The notes under the pieces: model-generated
The model's database searches: none
The model's input: only the letters and a program-made list of their open reading frames with translations
Told to the model about the DNA's origin: nothing
Assembly (NCBI GenBank): GCA_045589355.1
Contig: JAZNOW010000073.1
Coordinates: 680-64,679, forward strand
DNA from: Clostridia bacterium
GTDB lineage: Bacteria > Bacillota > Clostridia > Christensenellales > Aristaeellaceae
Length of the DNA stretch: 64,000 nt
Direction of reading: 5' to 3'
Program-made: the position numbers and the translations under genes
In this document: positions 52,661 through 61,888 of the stretch, in pieces
How positions within the stretch are numbered: position 1 is the first letter of the stretch
How the letters are laid out: each line of letters starts with the position of its first letter

Positions 52661-54201
52661 TTCACAATCAGGCTTTCGCCGGTCATTTCGGCAGGAATTT
52701 CAAGGCCCATGCTGTCCAGCATGGTGGGGGCGATATCGGCCAGGCGGCCGCCTTCACGCAGCTTTTTGCCGATGAGGGCGTTGTCGCAGGCGATGAAGGG
52801 CACGGGGTTGGTGGTGTGGGCGGTGAAAATTTCGCCGGTGACGGGGTCCACCATCTGGTCGGCATTGCCGTGGTCGGCGGTGACGAAGGCACGGCCGCCC
52901 TTTTCCAGAATGCGGTTGACCAGCTTGCCCACGTCCTTGTCCACTTCCTTCACGGCGGCAACGGCAGCGTCCATCACGCCGGTGTGGCCCACCATGTCGC
53001 AGTTGGCGAAGTTGAGGATCATCACGTCATACTTGCCGCTGTCGATCAGCTCCAGCGCTTTTTCCGTCACTTCGGGGGCGCTCATTTCGGGCTTCATATC
53101 GAAGGTGGCGATCTTGGGGCTGTCGATGAGGAAACGGTCTTCCCCTTCATTGGGGGCTTCCACGCCGCCGTTGAAGAAGAAGGTCACGTGGGCGTACTTC
53201 TGGGTTTCGGCGATGTGGGCCTGGGTCAGGTTCAGCTTGGCCAGGTACTGGCCCAGGGTGTTGTCCATGGAGGCGGGGGGATTGACTACCTTCAGGCCCG
53301 TGAAGGTTGCGTCATACTGGGTCATGGATACGAACTGCACGGGGATGAAGCCCTTCTTGCGTTGGAAGCCGTTGAAATCGGGCATGATGAAGGTGCGGGT
53401 CAGCTGACGGGCACGGTCGGGGCGGAAGTTGAAGAAGATGACGGAGTCGTTTTCGTTGACGGTGGCAATGGCCTTGCCGTCTTCCACGATGACGGTGGGC
53501 AGCATGAATTCGTCGGTCTTTTCATTGGCATAGCTGTTCAGCACAGCCTGCACGGGGCAGGTTTCTTCCACGCCTTCGCCCAGTACGATGGCATTGTAGC
53601 CCTTTTCCACCCGTTCCCAGATGTTGTCGCGGTCCATGCCCCAGAAACGGCCCTGAATGGAGGCAACACGGCCCACGCCGATTTCGTCCAGCTTTTCCAC
53701 CAGCTGCTTCATGTATTCGGCAGCGGAGGTGGGGGGCACGTCACGGCCGTCCAGCAGGCAGTGGATGAACACGTTCTTCACGCCCCGCTTCTTGGCCATT
53801 TCCACCAGCGCATACAGGTGGGTGTTGTGGCTGTGCACGCCGCCGTCGGAAAGCAGGCCCATCAGGTGCAGGTTGCCGCCGTTTTCCTTCACGGCGTCCA
53901 TGGCCCAGATGAGGGGTTCCTTTTCAAAGAAGGTGCCGTCCTGGATGTCCTTGGTGATGCGGGTGAGTTCCTGATACACAATGCGGCCGGCGCCGATGTT
54001 CAGATGGCCCACTTCGCTGTTGCCCATCTGGCCGTCCGGCAGGCCCACGTCCATGCCGCTGGCGCCCAGCTGGCAGGTGGGGAACTTGGCCGTCAGTTTA
54101 TCCAATTCGGGGGTGCCGGCAGTGTAGATGGCGTTGCCTTCGGTGGCGGGGTTGATGCCGAAACCGTCCATGATAATGAGAGCCGTCATTTTCTTGTCCA
54201 T
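52657..54201 (-). CDS. gpmI: 2,3-bisphosphoglycerate-independent phosphoglycerate mutase
   Basis: LIIMDGFG, NSEVGHLNIGAGR, VTADHGNAD. 514 aa. Confidence 0.95.
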   Translation of the reverse strand: MDKKMTALIIMDGFGINPATEGNAIYTAGTPELDKLTAKFPTCQLGASGMDVGLPDGQMGNSEVGHLNIGAGRIVYQELTRITKDIQDGTFFEKEPLIWAMDAVKENGGNLHLMGLLSDGGVHSHNTHLYALVEMAKKRGVKNVFIHCLLDGRDVPPTSAAEYMKQLVEKLDEIGVGRVASIQGRFWGMDRDNIWERVEKGYNAIVLGEGVEETCPVQAVLNSYANEKTDEFMLPTVIVEDGKAIATVNENDSVIFFNFRPDRARQLTRTFIMPDFNGFQRKKGFIPVQFVSMTQYDATFTGLKVVNPPASMDNTLGQYLAKLNLTQAHIAETQKYAHVTFFFNGGVEAPNEGEDRFLIDSPKIATFDMKPEMSAPEVTEKALELIDSGKYDVMILNFANCDMVGHTGVMDAAVAAVKEVDKDVGKLVNRILEKGGRAFVTADHGNADQMVDPVTGEIFTAHTTNPVPFIACDNALIGKKLREGGRLADIAPTMLDSMGLEIPAEMTGESLIVK

Positions 54202-54308
54202 AGCGTTTTATCTCCTAACCGGCGTTATAAACGCCCATATTCACACAGCCTATATTATAATGGAATAAAGGGTTTCTTGCAAGGGTCTGCGGCAAATTTC
54301 GGGGCGCT

Positions 54309-54585
54309 GGGAGACGATGCGGGGTTTCACCCCTTTACCCCACCAGGGGCATTGCCCCTGGACCCAGTAGCGGATGTTGCTTGGCGTATCGAACAAACAT
54401 TTTCCCGCTGTTATCATGAGAAAAAAGGCTCCCTTGTGGAAAGGAAGCTGGCCCGTAGGGCCTGAGGGATTGCCGTTTCCTCCATCAACATGCGGAAACA
54501 ACCCTGTTAGATAAAATTGTCTTTCGCACTCTGGGTCCAGGGCCGATGGCCCTGGTGCGGGGTACAGGGGACGAGCAGTCCCCTG
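54309..54585 (+). repeat. hairpin-rich mosaic element, copy 4 (short, centrally deleted derivative)
   Basis: Its 5' module is nearly identical to copy 3 (GACGATGCGGGGTTTCACCCCT..CCACCAGGGGCATTGCCCCTGGACCC). It keeps the CAACATGCGGAAAC box and the 3' module (GGGTCCAGGGCCGATGGCCCTGGTGCGGGGTACAGGGG..CCCCTG). The central long hairpin is missing. Confidence 0.7.
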
Positions 54586-54663
54586 ATTTGTCCTTTGCAG
54601 CAAAATTTCCGGCACGAATGGGAAAAAGTGCGGGAAAGGGGGCAGAAAAATGAGAAAAAAAGC

Positions 54664-54692
54664 TTGCAATTTCGGGAACAGTCCTGTATAAT
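54664..54692 (+). promoter_or_regulatory. sigma-70 promoter of rpsF-ssb-rpsR
   Basis: TTGCAA (54664-54669), 17-nt spacer, TATAAT (54687-54692). Confidence 0.65.
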
Positions 54693-54760
54693 ACATTCTT
54701 GGCACATCCTTGCATCCTGCAAAGGACAGGATGCCATACGTCCATGAGGAGGTGAAAAGA

Positions 54761-55135
54761 ATGAACAAGTATGAAGTGGTGTACATCATCGATCCCGCCG
54801 TGGAAGAAGAAGCCCGCAAGGAACTGATCGCCAAGTTCAACGCCCTGATCACCGATAACGGTGGCAGCGTTGACAAGGTGGAAGAATGGGGCAAGCGTCG
54901 CCTGGCCTATGCCATCGATTATAAGACCGAAGGCTATTATGTGCTGGTGAACTTCCAGGCTGAATCCGAGCTGCCCAAGGAGCTCGAACGTAACCTTCAG
55001 ATTTCCGACAGCATCATTCGCTACCAGGTGATCCGGCTGCTGGAGAAAAAGGCTAGCGTGAAGCCGCGCCCCGTGCGCACTGCCCCCGCTGCCCCCGCTG
55101 CTGAAGCCGCGGTGGAAACCCCTGCCGCTGAATAA
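54761..55135 (+). CDS. rpsF: 30S ribosomal protein S6 (with Ala/Pro-rich C-terminal extension)
   Basis: ORF trimmed to ATG 54761 behind GAGGAGG. MNKYEVVYII...WGKRRLAYAI. Confidence 0.93.
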   Translation: MNKYEVVYIIDPAVEEEARKELIAKFNALITDNGGSVDKVEEWGKRRLAYAIDYKTEGYYVLVNFQAESELPKELERNLQISDSIIRYQVIRLLEKKASVKPRPVRTAPAAPAAEAAVETPAAE

Positions 55136-55150
55136 TCGGGAGGAAAGCGT

Positions 55151-55594
55151 ATGAACAAGGTATTCCTGATCGGCAATCTCACCCGCGACCCCGAAATGCG
55201 TACCACGCAGTCGGGCGTGTCCGTATGTTCCTTCACCATCGCTGTGAACCGCCGCCGCGCCAACAACGCGGAAGCCGGCCAGCCTGAAGCGGATTTCTTC
55301 CGCATCAGCGCATGGCGTCAACTGGGCGATATCTGCAGCCGCTACCTGGCCAAGGGTCGCAAGGTAGCTGTGGTGGGCACTGTGACTGCCAATGCCTATG
55401 TGGGCAATGACGGCCAGGCCCGTGCCAGCCTGGAAGTAACGGCGGACGACGTGGAATTCCTCACTCCCCGCGGTGAAGCTGGCGAAGCGCCTGCTTACAC
55501 CCCTGCCCCTGCACCCCGGGCCAACCAGGGCTTCGGTGCTGCGCCCCAGGGCGGCGGCTTTGTGCAGGTGGATGAAGAAGAATTGCCTTTCTAA
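55151..55594 (+). CDS. ssb: single-stranded DNA-binding protein
   Basis: MNKVFLIGNLTRDPEMR; acidic tip DEEELPF. Confidence 0.95.
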   Translation: MNKVFLIGNLTRDPEMRTTQSGVSVCSFTIAVNRRRANNAEAGQPEADFFRISAWRQLGDICSRYLAKGRKVAVVGTVTANAYVGNDGQARASLEVTADDVEFLTPRGEAGEAPAYTPAPAPRANQGFGAAPQGGGFVQVDEEELPF

Positions 55595-55630
55595 TTCCGA
55601 ACGGAAATCTCTAAGAAGGAGGAAACGAAA

Positions 55631-55885
55631 ATGTCTGAAGATCGTGGCGAAAAGCGTCCGCGTCCCCGTGGAAAGCGTCCGCGCCGGAAGGTGTGCGATT
55701 TCTGCGTGAACAAGATCGAATATATCGACTATAAGGATGTCAACCGTCTTCGTCGTTCCATCAACGAACGCGGCAAGATCCTGCCCCGCCGTATGACCGG
55801 CAATTGCGCCAAGCATCAGCGTCAGCTGAGCGAAGCCATCAAGCGCGCCCGTGCCATCGCGCTGCTGCCCTACACGGTGGACTAA
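55631..55885 (+). CDS. rpsR: 30S ribosomal protein S18
   Basis: KVCDFC...[35 protein letters not shown]. Confidence 0.95.
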   Translation: MSEDRGEKRPRPRGKRPRRKVCDFCVNKIEYIDYKDVNRLRRSINERGKILPRRMTGNCAKHQRQLSEAIKRARAIALLPYTVD

Positions 55886-55898
55886 GCAAAGTCAACTG

Positions 55899-55927
55899 CA
55901 GCTCAGAGCAATCTGGGCTGTTTTTTT
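55899..55927 (+). terminator. rho-independent terminator after rpsR
   Basis: CAGCTCAG ... CTGGGCTG stem (one mismatch) followed by T7. Confidence 0.65.
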
Positions 55928-55953
55928 GTTTCGCCGAATCAGATTCTGCCAAA

Positions 55954-55982
55954 TTGACATTCATTTTGTGGAATGGTACAAT
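55954..55982 (+). promoter_or_regulatory. candidate sigma-70 promoter
   Basis: TTGACA (55954-55959), 17-nt spacer, TACAAT (55977-55982). Confidence 0.55.
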
Positions 55983-56016
55983 GAATTGAAAATGCTTGAA
56001 AGGAAAGGGTGCAGCC

Positions 56017-56277
56017 ATGCTGAAGTTTTCTTTGATGAAAGGACCGTATTTGCTGGACGCCGAAGGGAAAAAGCATTTTTTACAGCTCTGGTTTCTGTCG
56101 CTGATGGGCGGTGCGGCAGCGGTGCTTGCTGCTTTGGTCAGAGATCTGTGGGCTCCGATGGGCTGGCTGGCTTATTTACTGGCAGTTGTCTTTTTGTTTG
56201 TGTTTTATGTAGGGCTGAATGCCGTTATATATTTGATAAATAAAGTCCGGTTGTACAAATGGATGTTTGATGAATGA
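56017..56277 (+). CDS. hypothetical small membrane protein (2 TM)
   Basis: Has its own promoter and terminator. Two hydrophobic helices. ATG 56017 is preferred over TTG 55996. I did not recognise a family. Confidence 0.45.
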   Translation: MLKFSLMKGPYLLDAEGKKHFLQLWFLSLMGGAAAVLAALVRDLWAPMGWLAYLLAVVFLFVFYVGLNAVIYLINKVRLYKWMFDE

Positions 56278-56298
56278 CTATTTTTCACTTAGGGACAT

Positions 56299-56326
56299 AG
56301 TCCGGAGAAATCCGGGCTGTTTTTTT
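56299..56326 (+). terminator. rho-independent terminator
   Basis: AGTCCGGA-GAAA-TCCGGGCT followed by GTTTTTTT. Confidence 0.65.
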
Positions 56327-56406
56327 ATGGAAAAATTGATCGAAAGGGCGGCTTCATTCGTCTTATAGGGTGAAGAATGCATTTTTCCAAGGAAAGGAAC
56401 AAACCA

Positions 56407-56883
56407 ATGACGGAACAGGAATTTGACAGCCGGGTGCGGCAGATGGAGGGGAAAATGTACCGCATGGCCCGTTGCATGCTGCGCAGCGACTCCGACTGCG
56501 GCGATGCCCTGCAAAATGCGGTGTTTGCCGCGTGGCGGAAATTGCCTTCCCTTCGGGAGGAAGCACAGTTTGAAGCGTGGCTGATGCGGATCCTTTTGAA
56601 CGCCTGCCGGGATGTTCAAAGGGGGTATCTGCGCCGCAAAGGGGAATTGCCCATGGAGGAAGCGCTGCATGCTGCTTCTGCACCGCCCCGGGATGTGGAC
56701 TTGCAAATTGCTTTGCAAACATTGCCGGAAAAATTCCGCCTGCCCATCCTGCTCCATCATATGAACGGCCTTTCCGTGCCGGTGATTGCCCGGGTGCTGC
56801 GGTTGCCTCAGAGTACGGTGAAAGGCCGCATCCGGGAAGGACTGAAAAAGCTGCGCAGGCTGCTGGAGGAGGAAAAAGGATGA
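56407..56883 (+). CDS. ECF-type RNA polymerase sigma factor (second copy in window)
   Basis: Region 2 DALQNAVFAAWRKLPSLREEAQFEAWLMRILLNACRD. Region 4 LPEKFRLPILLHHMNGLSVPVIARVLRLPQSTVKGRIREGLKKL. Confidence 0.85.
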   Translation: MTEQEFDSRVRQMEGKMYRMARCMLRSDSDCGDALQNAVFAAWRKLPSLREEAQFEAWLMRILLNACRDVQRGYLRRKGELPMEEALHAASAPPRDVDLQIALQTLPEKFRLPILLHHMNGLSVPVIARVLRLPQSTVKGRIREGLKKLRRLLEEEKG

Positions 56884-58112
56884 ACGATATCCATTTTGAG
56901 AACGCATTTCCTTCGGTTCCGGCTGTGGTGCATTTGCAGTTGGAAAAAGCATTGGAGGAAAAGAACATGAACCTGAACAAAGCAAAACGGCCTGTGGCTG
57001 TATTGATACTGGTGTTGGTATTGCTGCTGGGATTGATGGGCATTGCTTATGCAGCCACTCGGGGTGGTATTTTGGATTTTGCCAAAGAACATGGGGAAAT
57101 GGCAGAGCCTGCTTATCTGATAGACGACCTGGAGAAAAGTGCATACAGCCTGAAAGATCCGCGCTTCCGGTATGACCGTACAAGAGGGTATGTGTGGGCA
57201 ACGAGCGATTCGAAATTGGTGAAGGTCGAGCTGGAGGAACTTTTGTTTGAAAAAGGGTGGCTTTATGCTGCAATGACGGTAACTCCCTGCCAGCCTAAAA
57301 CCATGGTGATCGGAACAGACCTGGAAATAAAAGATGCAGAAACAGGAAAGGTTCAATTGCATCTGCTTGGCGGTCTGACCGATATCACAGAACCCGGAAG
57401 CATGAAAGCGTATGTGGCGGAAGGAGAGGAAACGGGCCTTTTATCTGTGTACGAATATGCGCGGCAGAAGGGGTTTGAACAGGTGATCCGGGTGGCTGTA
57501 TCCCGGGAAATGAAATATGCAGATTATGAGCTGATGGAAGATGGTTCCATGCGTATGATTGTGCAGATGAAAACGGTGTCGCAGGAGAAAGCGGAATTTA
57601 CGGAACACATCAGAATGGTGAACCTGTTATTGACTGCCGTGCAGTATGATGAGAAAGGCCGGATGCCGGAGGAATATGAAAAGCACGAAATGGTGGAGGT
57701 GCAGTTTGTCGGGCCGGAATATGTGGATCATCGCATCAAAGCAAGTATTTCCGAAGATAGCCATTACCTGAAGGGATTTCGGATTACGATGGATCAGGTG
57801 ATTATGGTTCCGGTAAGTGAAACAGAAATGAGCATCATCCTTCGAATCAGGGAAGATAGGTACGGACAGGATTTGCGCAACATGAAGGGGCCTGTTGCGA
57901 TGATATTGAGCGAAACAGGAGAAGTGTTGTACGAATATGCCCTGGAATGGGAGAAGATAGACCGGGATGCCCTGCTCTATTATGAAGAGGGTGTTCAGTT
58001 TCGGATAACGATGCCCCGGGAGGGATTGTCAGACGACAGGATCACCATTCGGCTGCATAATGCACAAAACCGGAAAATTGTCTATGATAACTACACCTAT
58101 ACGCTGAAATGA
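56880..58112 (+). CDS. putative anti-sigma factor / single-pass membrane protein with large extracytoplasmic domain
   Basis: ATGA overlap with the sigma gene stop. TM segment VAVLILVLVLLLGLMGIAYA. ORF 56577 trimmed to ATG 56880. Confidence 0.6.
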   Translation: MNDIHFENAFPSVPAVVHLQLEKALEEKNMNLNKAKRPVAVLILVLVLLLGLMGIAYAATRGGILDFAKEHGEMAEPAYLIDDLEKSAYSLKDPRFRYDRTRGYVWATSDSKLVKVELEELLFEKGWLYAAMTVTPCQPKTMVIGTDLEIKDAETGKVQLHLLGGLTDITEPGSMKAYVAEGEETGLLSVYEYARQKGFEQVIRVAVSREMKYADYELMEDGSMRMIVQMKTVSQEKAEFTEHIRMVNLLLTAVQYDEKGRMPEEYEKHEMVEVQFVGPEYVDHRIKASISEDSHYLKGFRITMDQVIMVPVSETEMSIILRIREDRYGQDLRNMKGPVAMILSETGEVLYEYALEWEKIDRDALLYYEEGVQFRITMPREGLSDDRITIRLHNAQNRKIVYDNYTYTLK

Positions 58113-58125
58113 AAAAGCGGTTGTC

Positions 58126-58154
58126 AGCCCGGAGAGATCCGGGCTTTTTGTTTG
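58126..58154 (+). terminator. rho-independent terminator
   Basis: AGCCCGGA-GAGA-TCCGGGCT followed by TTTTGTTT. Confidence 0.7.
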
Positions 58155-58191
58155 GAAATTTGTTGCAAATCGGACGGCAATGTGGCAATGC

Positions 58192-58220
58192 TTGCCCGGA
58201 AAATGGGAAACTGGTATAAT
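58192..58220 (+). promoter_or_regulatory. candidate sigma-70 promoter of the two-component system
   Basis: TTGCCC (58192-58197), 17-nt spacer, TATAAT (58215-58220). Confidence 0.5.
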
Positions 58221-58270
58221 AAGGCTGCAAGCAGAAGCAATACCATTTTTTCGATAAAGGGGCAAAGAGC

Positions 58271-58969
58271 ATGAACAAAAAGAAACTGATTTTGATCGCC
58301 GATGACGAGATCGGCATTCATGAATCGCTGCGGGTGTACCTGACGAGGGAGGATTACGAAGTGTATTCCGTGTTCCGGGGGGATGACGTGATGGAAGCGT
58401 TCAACCGGATGCGGCCGGACCTGGTGATATTGGACATCATGATGCCGGGCAGAAGCGGCACCCAGGTGTGCGCCGATATCCGGGCAAAATCCATGGTGCC
58501 CATCATTATGCTGACGGCCAAGGGGGAAGAGGTGGACAAGCTGCTGGGCTTTGCCCTGGGGGCGGATGACTATATGGTGAAGCCCTTCTCCCCCCGGGAA
58601 GTGGTGAGCCGTATTCAGGTGATCTTCCGCAGGCTGAACCAGATGCAGTCGGAGCCGGAAAAGAACCTGCTCACCATCGGCAATACCGAAATCGACCTGA
58701 AATGCTACGAAGTGACGGTGGAGGGGGAAAAGATGCTTTTGTCCCCCAAGGAAGTGGAGATTCTGCACCTGATGGCCAGCCATCCCCGGCAGGTATTTAC
58801 CCGGGAACAGCTGCTGGACAACATCTGGGGCTTTGATTTCAACGGCGACAGCCGGGTGGTGGATACCAGCATCAAGCGTATCCGCAAGAAGTTGCCGGAG
58901 AAGACGGACGTATTGCTCAAATCCGTGTACGGCGTAGGGTATAAGGTGGAGGTGCGGGAGGATGCCTAA
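58271..58969 (+). CDS. OmpR-family response regulator
   Basis: Receiver domain (LIADDE...DLVILDIMMPG...LTAKG) plus winged-helix Trans_reg_C (LSPKEVEILHLMASHPRQVFTREQLLDNIWG). Confidence 0.92.
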   Translation: MNKKKLILIADDEIGIHESLRVYLTREDYEVYSVFRGDDVMEAFNRMRPDLVILDIMMPGRSGTQVCADIRAKSMVPIIMLTAKGEEVDKLLGFALGADDYMVKPFSPREVVSRIQVIFRRLNQMQSEPEKNLLTIGNTEIDLKCYEVTVEGEKMLLSPKEVEILHLMASHPRQVFTREQLLDNIWGFDFNGDSRVVDTSIKRIRKKLPEKTDVLLKSVYGVGYKVEVREDA

Positions 58970-60674
58970 ATGGTCGTCCTATCTGACAAGGTTTATTTTG
59001 CTTTTGATCATCTGCATCCTGGTGATCGGCGTGTTTTCCTACGGCATGAGCGCCTATTTCTTTTCCCAGGCCACACGGGATGCAGAATTTTTCCTGCTGA
59101 AAAGCAACATCCAGAATGCATCGGGGCTGCTGAGGGGCTATACCCGGGGGGAAATGAACCGGGAGGAACTGAAAGAAATGCTCAACCCCCGGCTGAACCC
59201 GGACGGCGTGTTTTACCTGATGATGGATAACGCAGGGCAGGTGATCGCCTACAGTGAGGAAGCGGTGCCCTACATGGCCCAGGCTTCTTCCCGCACGCTG
59301 CAAAACGCCATTGTGGACGCCGACGGCACGCTGCTTCATAGCGGTGTCAACGGCAAAACGGCCATGGTGGTGGGCAGCCGGACGGAGGACGGCTACATCT
59401 TTGCCGGCCGCACCACCCGGGTGAACAGCGGTACGGAGGTGTCCTTCCGGATGCGGCTGATGCTGTCCATGATCTGCCTGCTGTGCCTGATTCTGCTGCT
59501 GAGCACCTTCTTTGCCCGGAAGGTATCCCGGCCTGCCCGCATGATCACCGAAACGGCCAGCCGGCTGATTGAAGGGGATGCGGTGGAGGTGCCGGAGGAT
59601 ATGCCGGGCCAGGAAATGCGGGAAATTGCCCGGGCGTTCAACCACATGAGCGCCACCATTGCCCGCACCATCCGGGAACTGAAACTGGAAAAGGAAAACA
59701 TGAACCTGGTGCTGGAGGGCCTGCAGGAAGGCGTGGTGGCCGTGGACGGAGACGGCGCGTTCCTTCACATCAATGCGGCGGCACGGGAACTGATGGGGGA
59801 AGATACCCCTGCGTTTGCTGCGCTGATGGAGGCAATGCAGGGGGATGCCACCCAAGGGCATATCCAGAACGGGGGGCAGGTGCTGGCCTATGCCATCAAC
59901 CAGCTGCCCCTGGACGCAGAAGAAGATTCCCGGGGCAAGGTGGCCCTGATCCGCGATGTGACAAGGGAAGAAAGGCTGGAGCGAACAAGACGGGATTATG
60001 TGGCCAACATTTCCCACGAGCTGCGCACCCCCCTTACCTCCATCCGGGGCCTGGCGGAAGGGCTGCGGGACGGCATGGTGACAGAGGAAGAGGACCGGCA
60101 GCGCTATTACCACATCATCGTCAACGAATCCACCAGGCTGTCCAGGCTGGTGAACGATTTGCTGGAGCTTTCCTCCCTGCAATCCAACCCCTCTGCCTTT
60201 GAAATGGAAAAAGTGGAGCCCGGGGAACTGGTGCGGGAGATGCACGACAGGAATCTGAGCCTGTTTGAACAGGCGGGCATCCGTTTCCTGTGCCGGTTGC
60301 CTCAGGAGGAGCTGCCCGTTATTTCCAGCAACGAGGACAGGCTGTCCCAGGTGCTGACCATTTTCCTGGATAATGCAAGGAAGTTTACCCGGGAAGGAGG
60401 CACGGTCACCCTGGGGGCCGGGAAGGAAGAAAAAGGGGTTTGCTTCTTTGTGCAGGATACCGGCATCGGCATGGACGAAGAAACAAGGAAGCTGGCCTTT
60501 GAACGTTTCCACCAGGCGGAAGCGGGCAGGAGCGCAAAGGGCAGCGGCCTTGGGCTTTCCATTGCCAGGGAGATCCTGAAAAAGATGGGAGTGGAAATCC
60601 AGCTGGAAAGCGCCCTGGGAAAGGGCAGTACCTTCCGTTTCCTGATCCCTTTTGACGGGGAAGGGAAGGACTGA
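58962..60674 (+). CDS. sensor histidine kinase (2 TM, HAMP, HisKA, HATPase_c)
   Basis: H-box ISHELRTPLTSI, N-box LDNARKFT, G-boxes DTGIGM and GSGLGLSIA. Overlaps the regulator gene by 8 nt. Confidence 0.9.
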   Translation: MPKWSSYLTRFILLLIICILVIGVFSYGMSAYFFSQATRDAEFFLLKSNIQNASGLLRGYTRGEMNREELKEMLNPRLNPDGVFYLMMDNAGQVIAYSEEAVPYMAQASSRTLQNAIVDADGTLLHSGVNGKTAMVVGSRTEDGYIFAGRTTRVNSGTEVSFRMRLMLSMICLLCLILLLSTFFARKVSRPARMITETASRLIEGDAVEVPEDMPGQEMREIARAFNHMSATIARTIRELKLEKENMNLVLEGLQEGVVAVDGDGAFLHINAAARELMGEDTPAFAALMEAMQGDATQGHIQNGGQVLAYAINQLPLDAEEDSRGKVALIRDVTREERLERTRRDYVANISHELRTPLTSIRGLAEGLRDGMVTEEEDRQRYYHIIVNESTRLSRLVNDLLELSSLQSNPSAFEMEKVEPGELVREMHDRNLSLFEQAGIRFLCRLPQEELPVISSNEDRLSQVLTIFLDNARKFTREGGTVTLGAGKEEKGVCFFVQDTGIGMDEETRKLAFERFHQAEAGRSAKGSGLGLSIAREILKKMGVEIQLESALGKGSTFRFLIPFDGEGKD

Positions 60675-60754
60675 ATTTTTTCCTGTTTCCATTTCCGGCC
60701 GAATATGCTATACTACCTGTATTCCCGAATGCAGAAAGGAATGGAGAAACACAG

Positions 60755-61783
60755 ATGTTTGGCAAAATGATGAATAACTACTATTACGGCAAAAGCGGCA
60801 AGGGCGATTTCAAAAAGGACGATCTGCCCAACAACCGCTGGCAGCTGTTCTGGGATATGCTGCGTACCCGCCTGGCCGGCCTGTGCCGGCTGAACCTGAC
60901 GGTGTTTGCGGCCTGGCTGCCCCTGATCATCCTGATCGGCTACAATGTGCTCAGCCTGATCAACTGGATGGGCATTGTAAATACCTACAGCGAATACCTG
61001 GTGACCGGCGATCTGGGCGAATACCTGACGGCGGAAGCGGTGACGGCGCTGGAGCAGCTGATGGCCGGCCGCGAGCCTGCCCAGTTCCTGGCGGACCTGA
61101 TCATGGAAGCCATTCCCAGCATGTGCCTGTGGTGCATCCCCTGCATCCTGATCACCGGCCCCGTGCAGGCCGGCCTTGCTTATGTGGCCCGCAACTGGGC
61201 CCGGGACGAGCATGCCTTTGCCTGGAGCGATTTTAAAGACGCCGTAAAGGCCAACTGGAAGCAGGGCCTGGTCATTTCCGCAATCACCTCCATCATTCCC
61301 CTGATCGTGTACACCAGCTACACCTACTACGGCCAGATGGCGGAAACCCAGGGCGCCTTCTTCCTGATTCCCCAGATGCTGGTGATCGTCATGTCCATCG
61401 TGTGGCTGCTGAGCCTGGTGTTCATGTATCCCATCATTGTCAGCTACGAAATCAAAACCCTGGGCCTGATCAAAAACGGCATTGTGCTGGCCATTGCCCG
61501 CCTGCCCCAGACCATCGGCATGCGGCTTTTGACCCTGGTGCCCGGCCTGATCTGCCTGGCCATTTTCTGGTTCACCTTCTCCGAACTGGCCCTGCTGGCC
61601 CTGGTTGCCTATTATGTGCTCATCGGCTTTGCGCTGACCCGCTTCATCTACGCCAGCTACACCAACGGCGTGTTTGACAAGTACATCAATTCCCGCATGG
61701 AAGGCGTGCAGGTGAACCGCGGCCTGGCCACGGACGAAGACGACGAAGACGACGAAGAAGAAACGGATACCCTCTCCGAATAA
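60755..61783 (+). CDS. YesL-like (DUF624) membrane protein with acidic C-terminal tail
   Basis: N-terminus NRWQLFWDMLRTRLAGLCRLNLTVFAAWLPLI is typical of DUF624. About 6 TM segments. Tail DEDDEDDEEETD. Confidence 0.7.
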   Translation: MFGKMMNNYYYGKSGKGDFKKDDLPNNRWQLFWDMLRTRLAGLCRLNLTVFAAWLPLIILIGYNVLSLINWMGIVNTYSEYLVTGDLGEYLTAEAVTALEQLMAGREPAQFLADLIMEAIPSMCLWCIPCILITGPVQAGLAYVARNWARDEHAFAWSDFKDAVKANWKQGLVISAITSIIPLIVYTSYTYYGQMAETQGAFFLIPQMLVIVMSIVWLLSLVFMYPIIVSYEIKTLGLIKNGIVLAIARLPQTIGMRLLTLVPGLICLAIFWFTFSELALLALVAYYVLIGFALTRFIYASYTNGVFDKYINSRMEGVQVNRGLATDEDDEDDEEETDTLSE

Positions 61784-61888
61784 GCGGAGCCTTTCCCGGA
61801 AAAAATGCATACAGCGGCCACCGTGCCGCAATTAACGGGCGGCCTGGCAGAAGTGACGGGTCGCCCCTGATGTATGCAGGAGGGTGCC

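Noticed and set aside
47740-54465. Plus-strand ORFs of 859, 326, 760 and 647 aa (47740..50319, 50329..51309, 51125..53407, 52522..54465)
   Set aside because: All lie antisense to motif-supported minus-strand genes (pgm, Lgt-like, DUF2233, deoC, gpmI). They have no RBS or start context and no motifs.
54485-55816. 443-aa minus-strand ORF
   Set aside because: It is antisense to rpsF, ssb and rpsR, which are unambiguous. It also begins inside repeat copy 4.
56577-56879. 5' part of the 511-aa ORF overlapping the ECF sigma gene in another frame
   Set aside because: The sigma factor frame carries the conserved regions 2 and 4. The overlapping frame is Ala/Gly/Pro-rich with no motifs. The real start of the downstream gene is ATG 56880 (ATGA coupling).
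58917-60692. 591-aa minus-strand ORF and the 372-aa ORF at 60713..61831
   Set aside because: They are antisense to the histidine kinase and the YesL-like gene, which carry clear H/N/G boxes and TM topology respectively.
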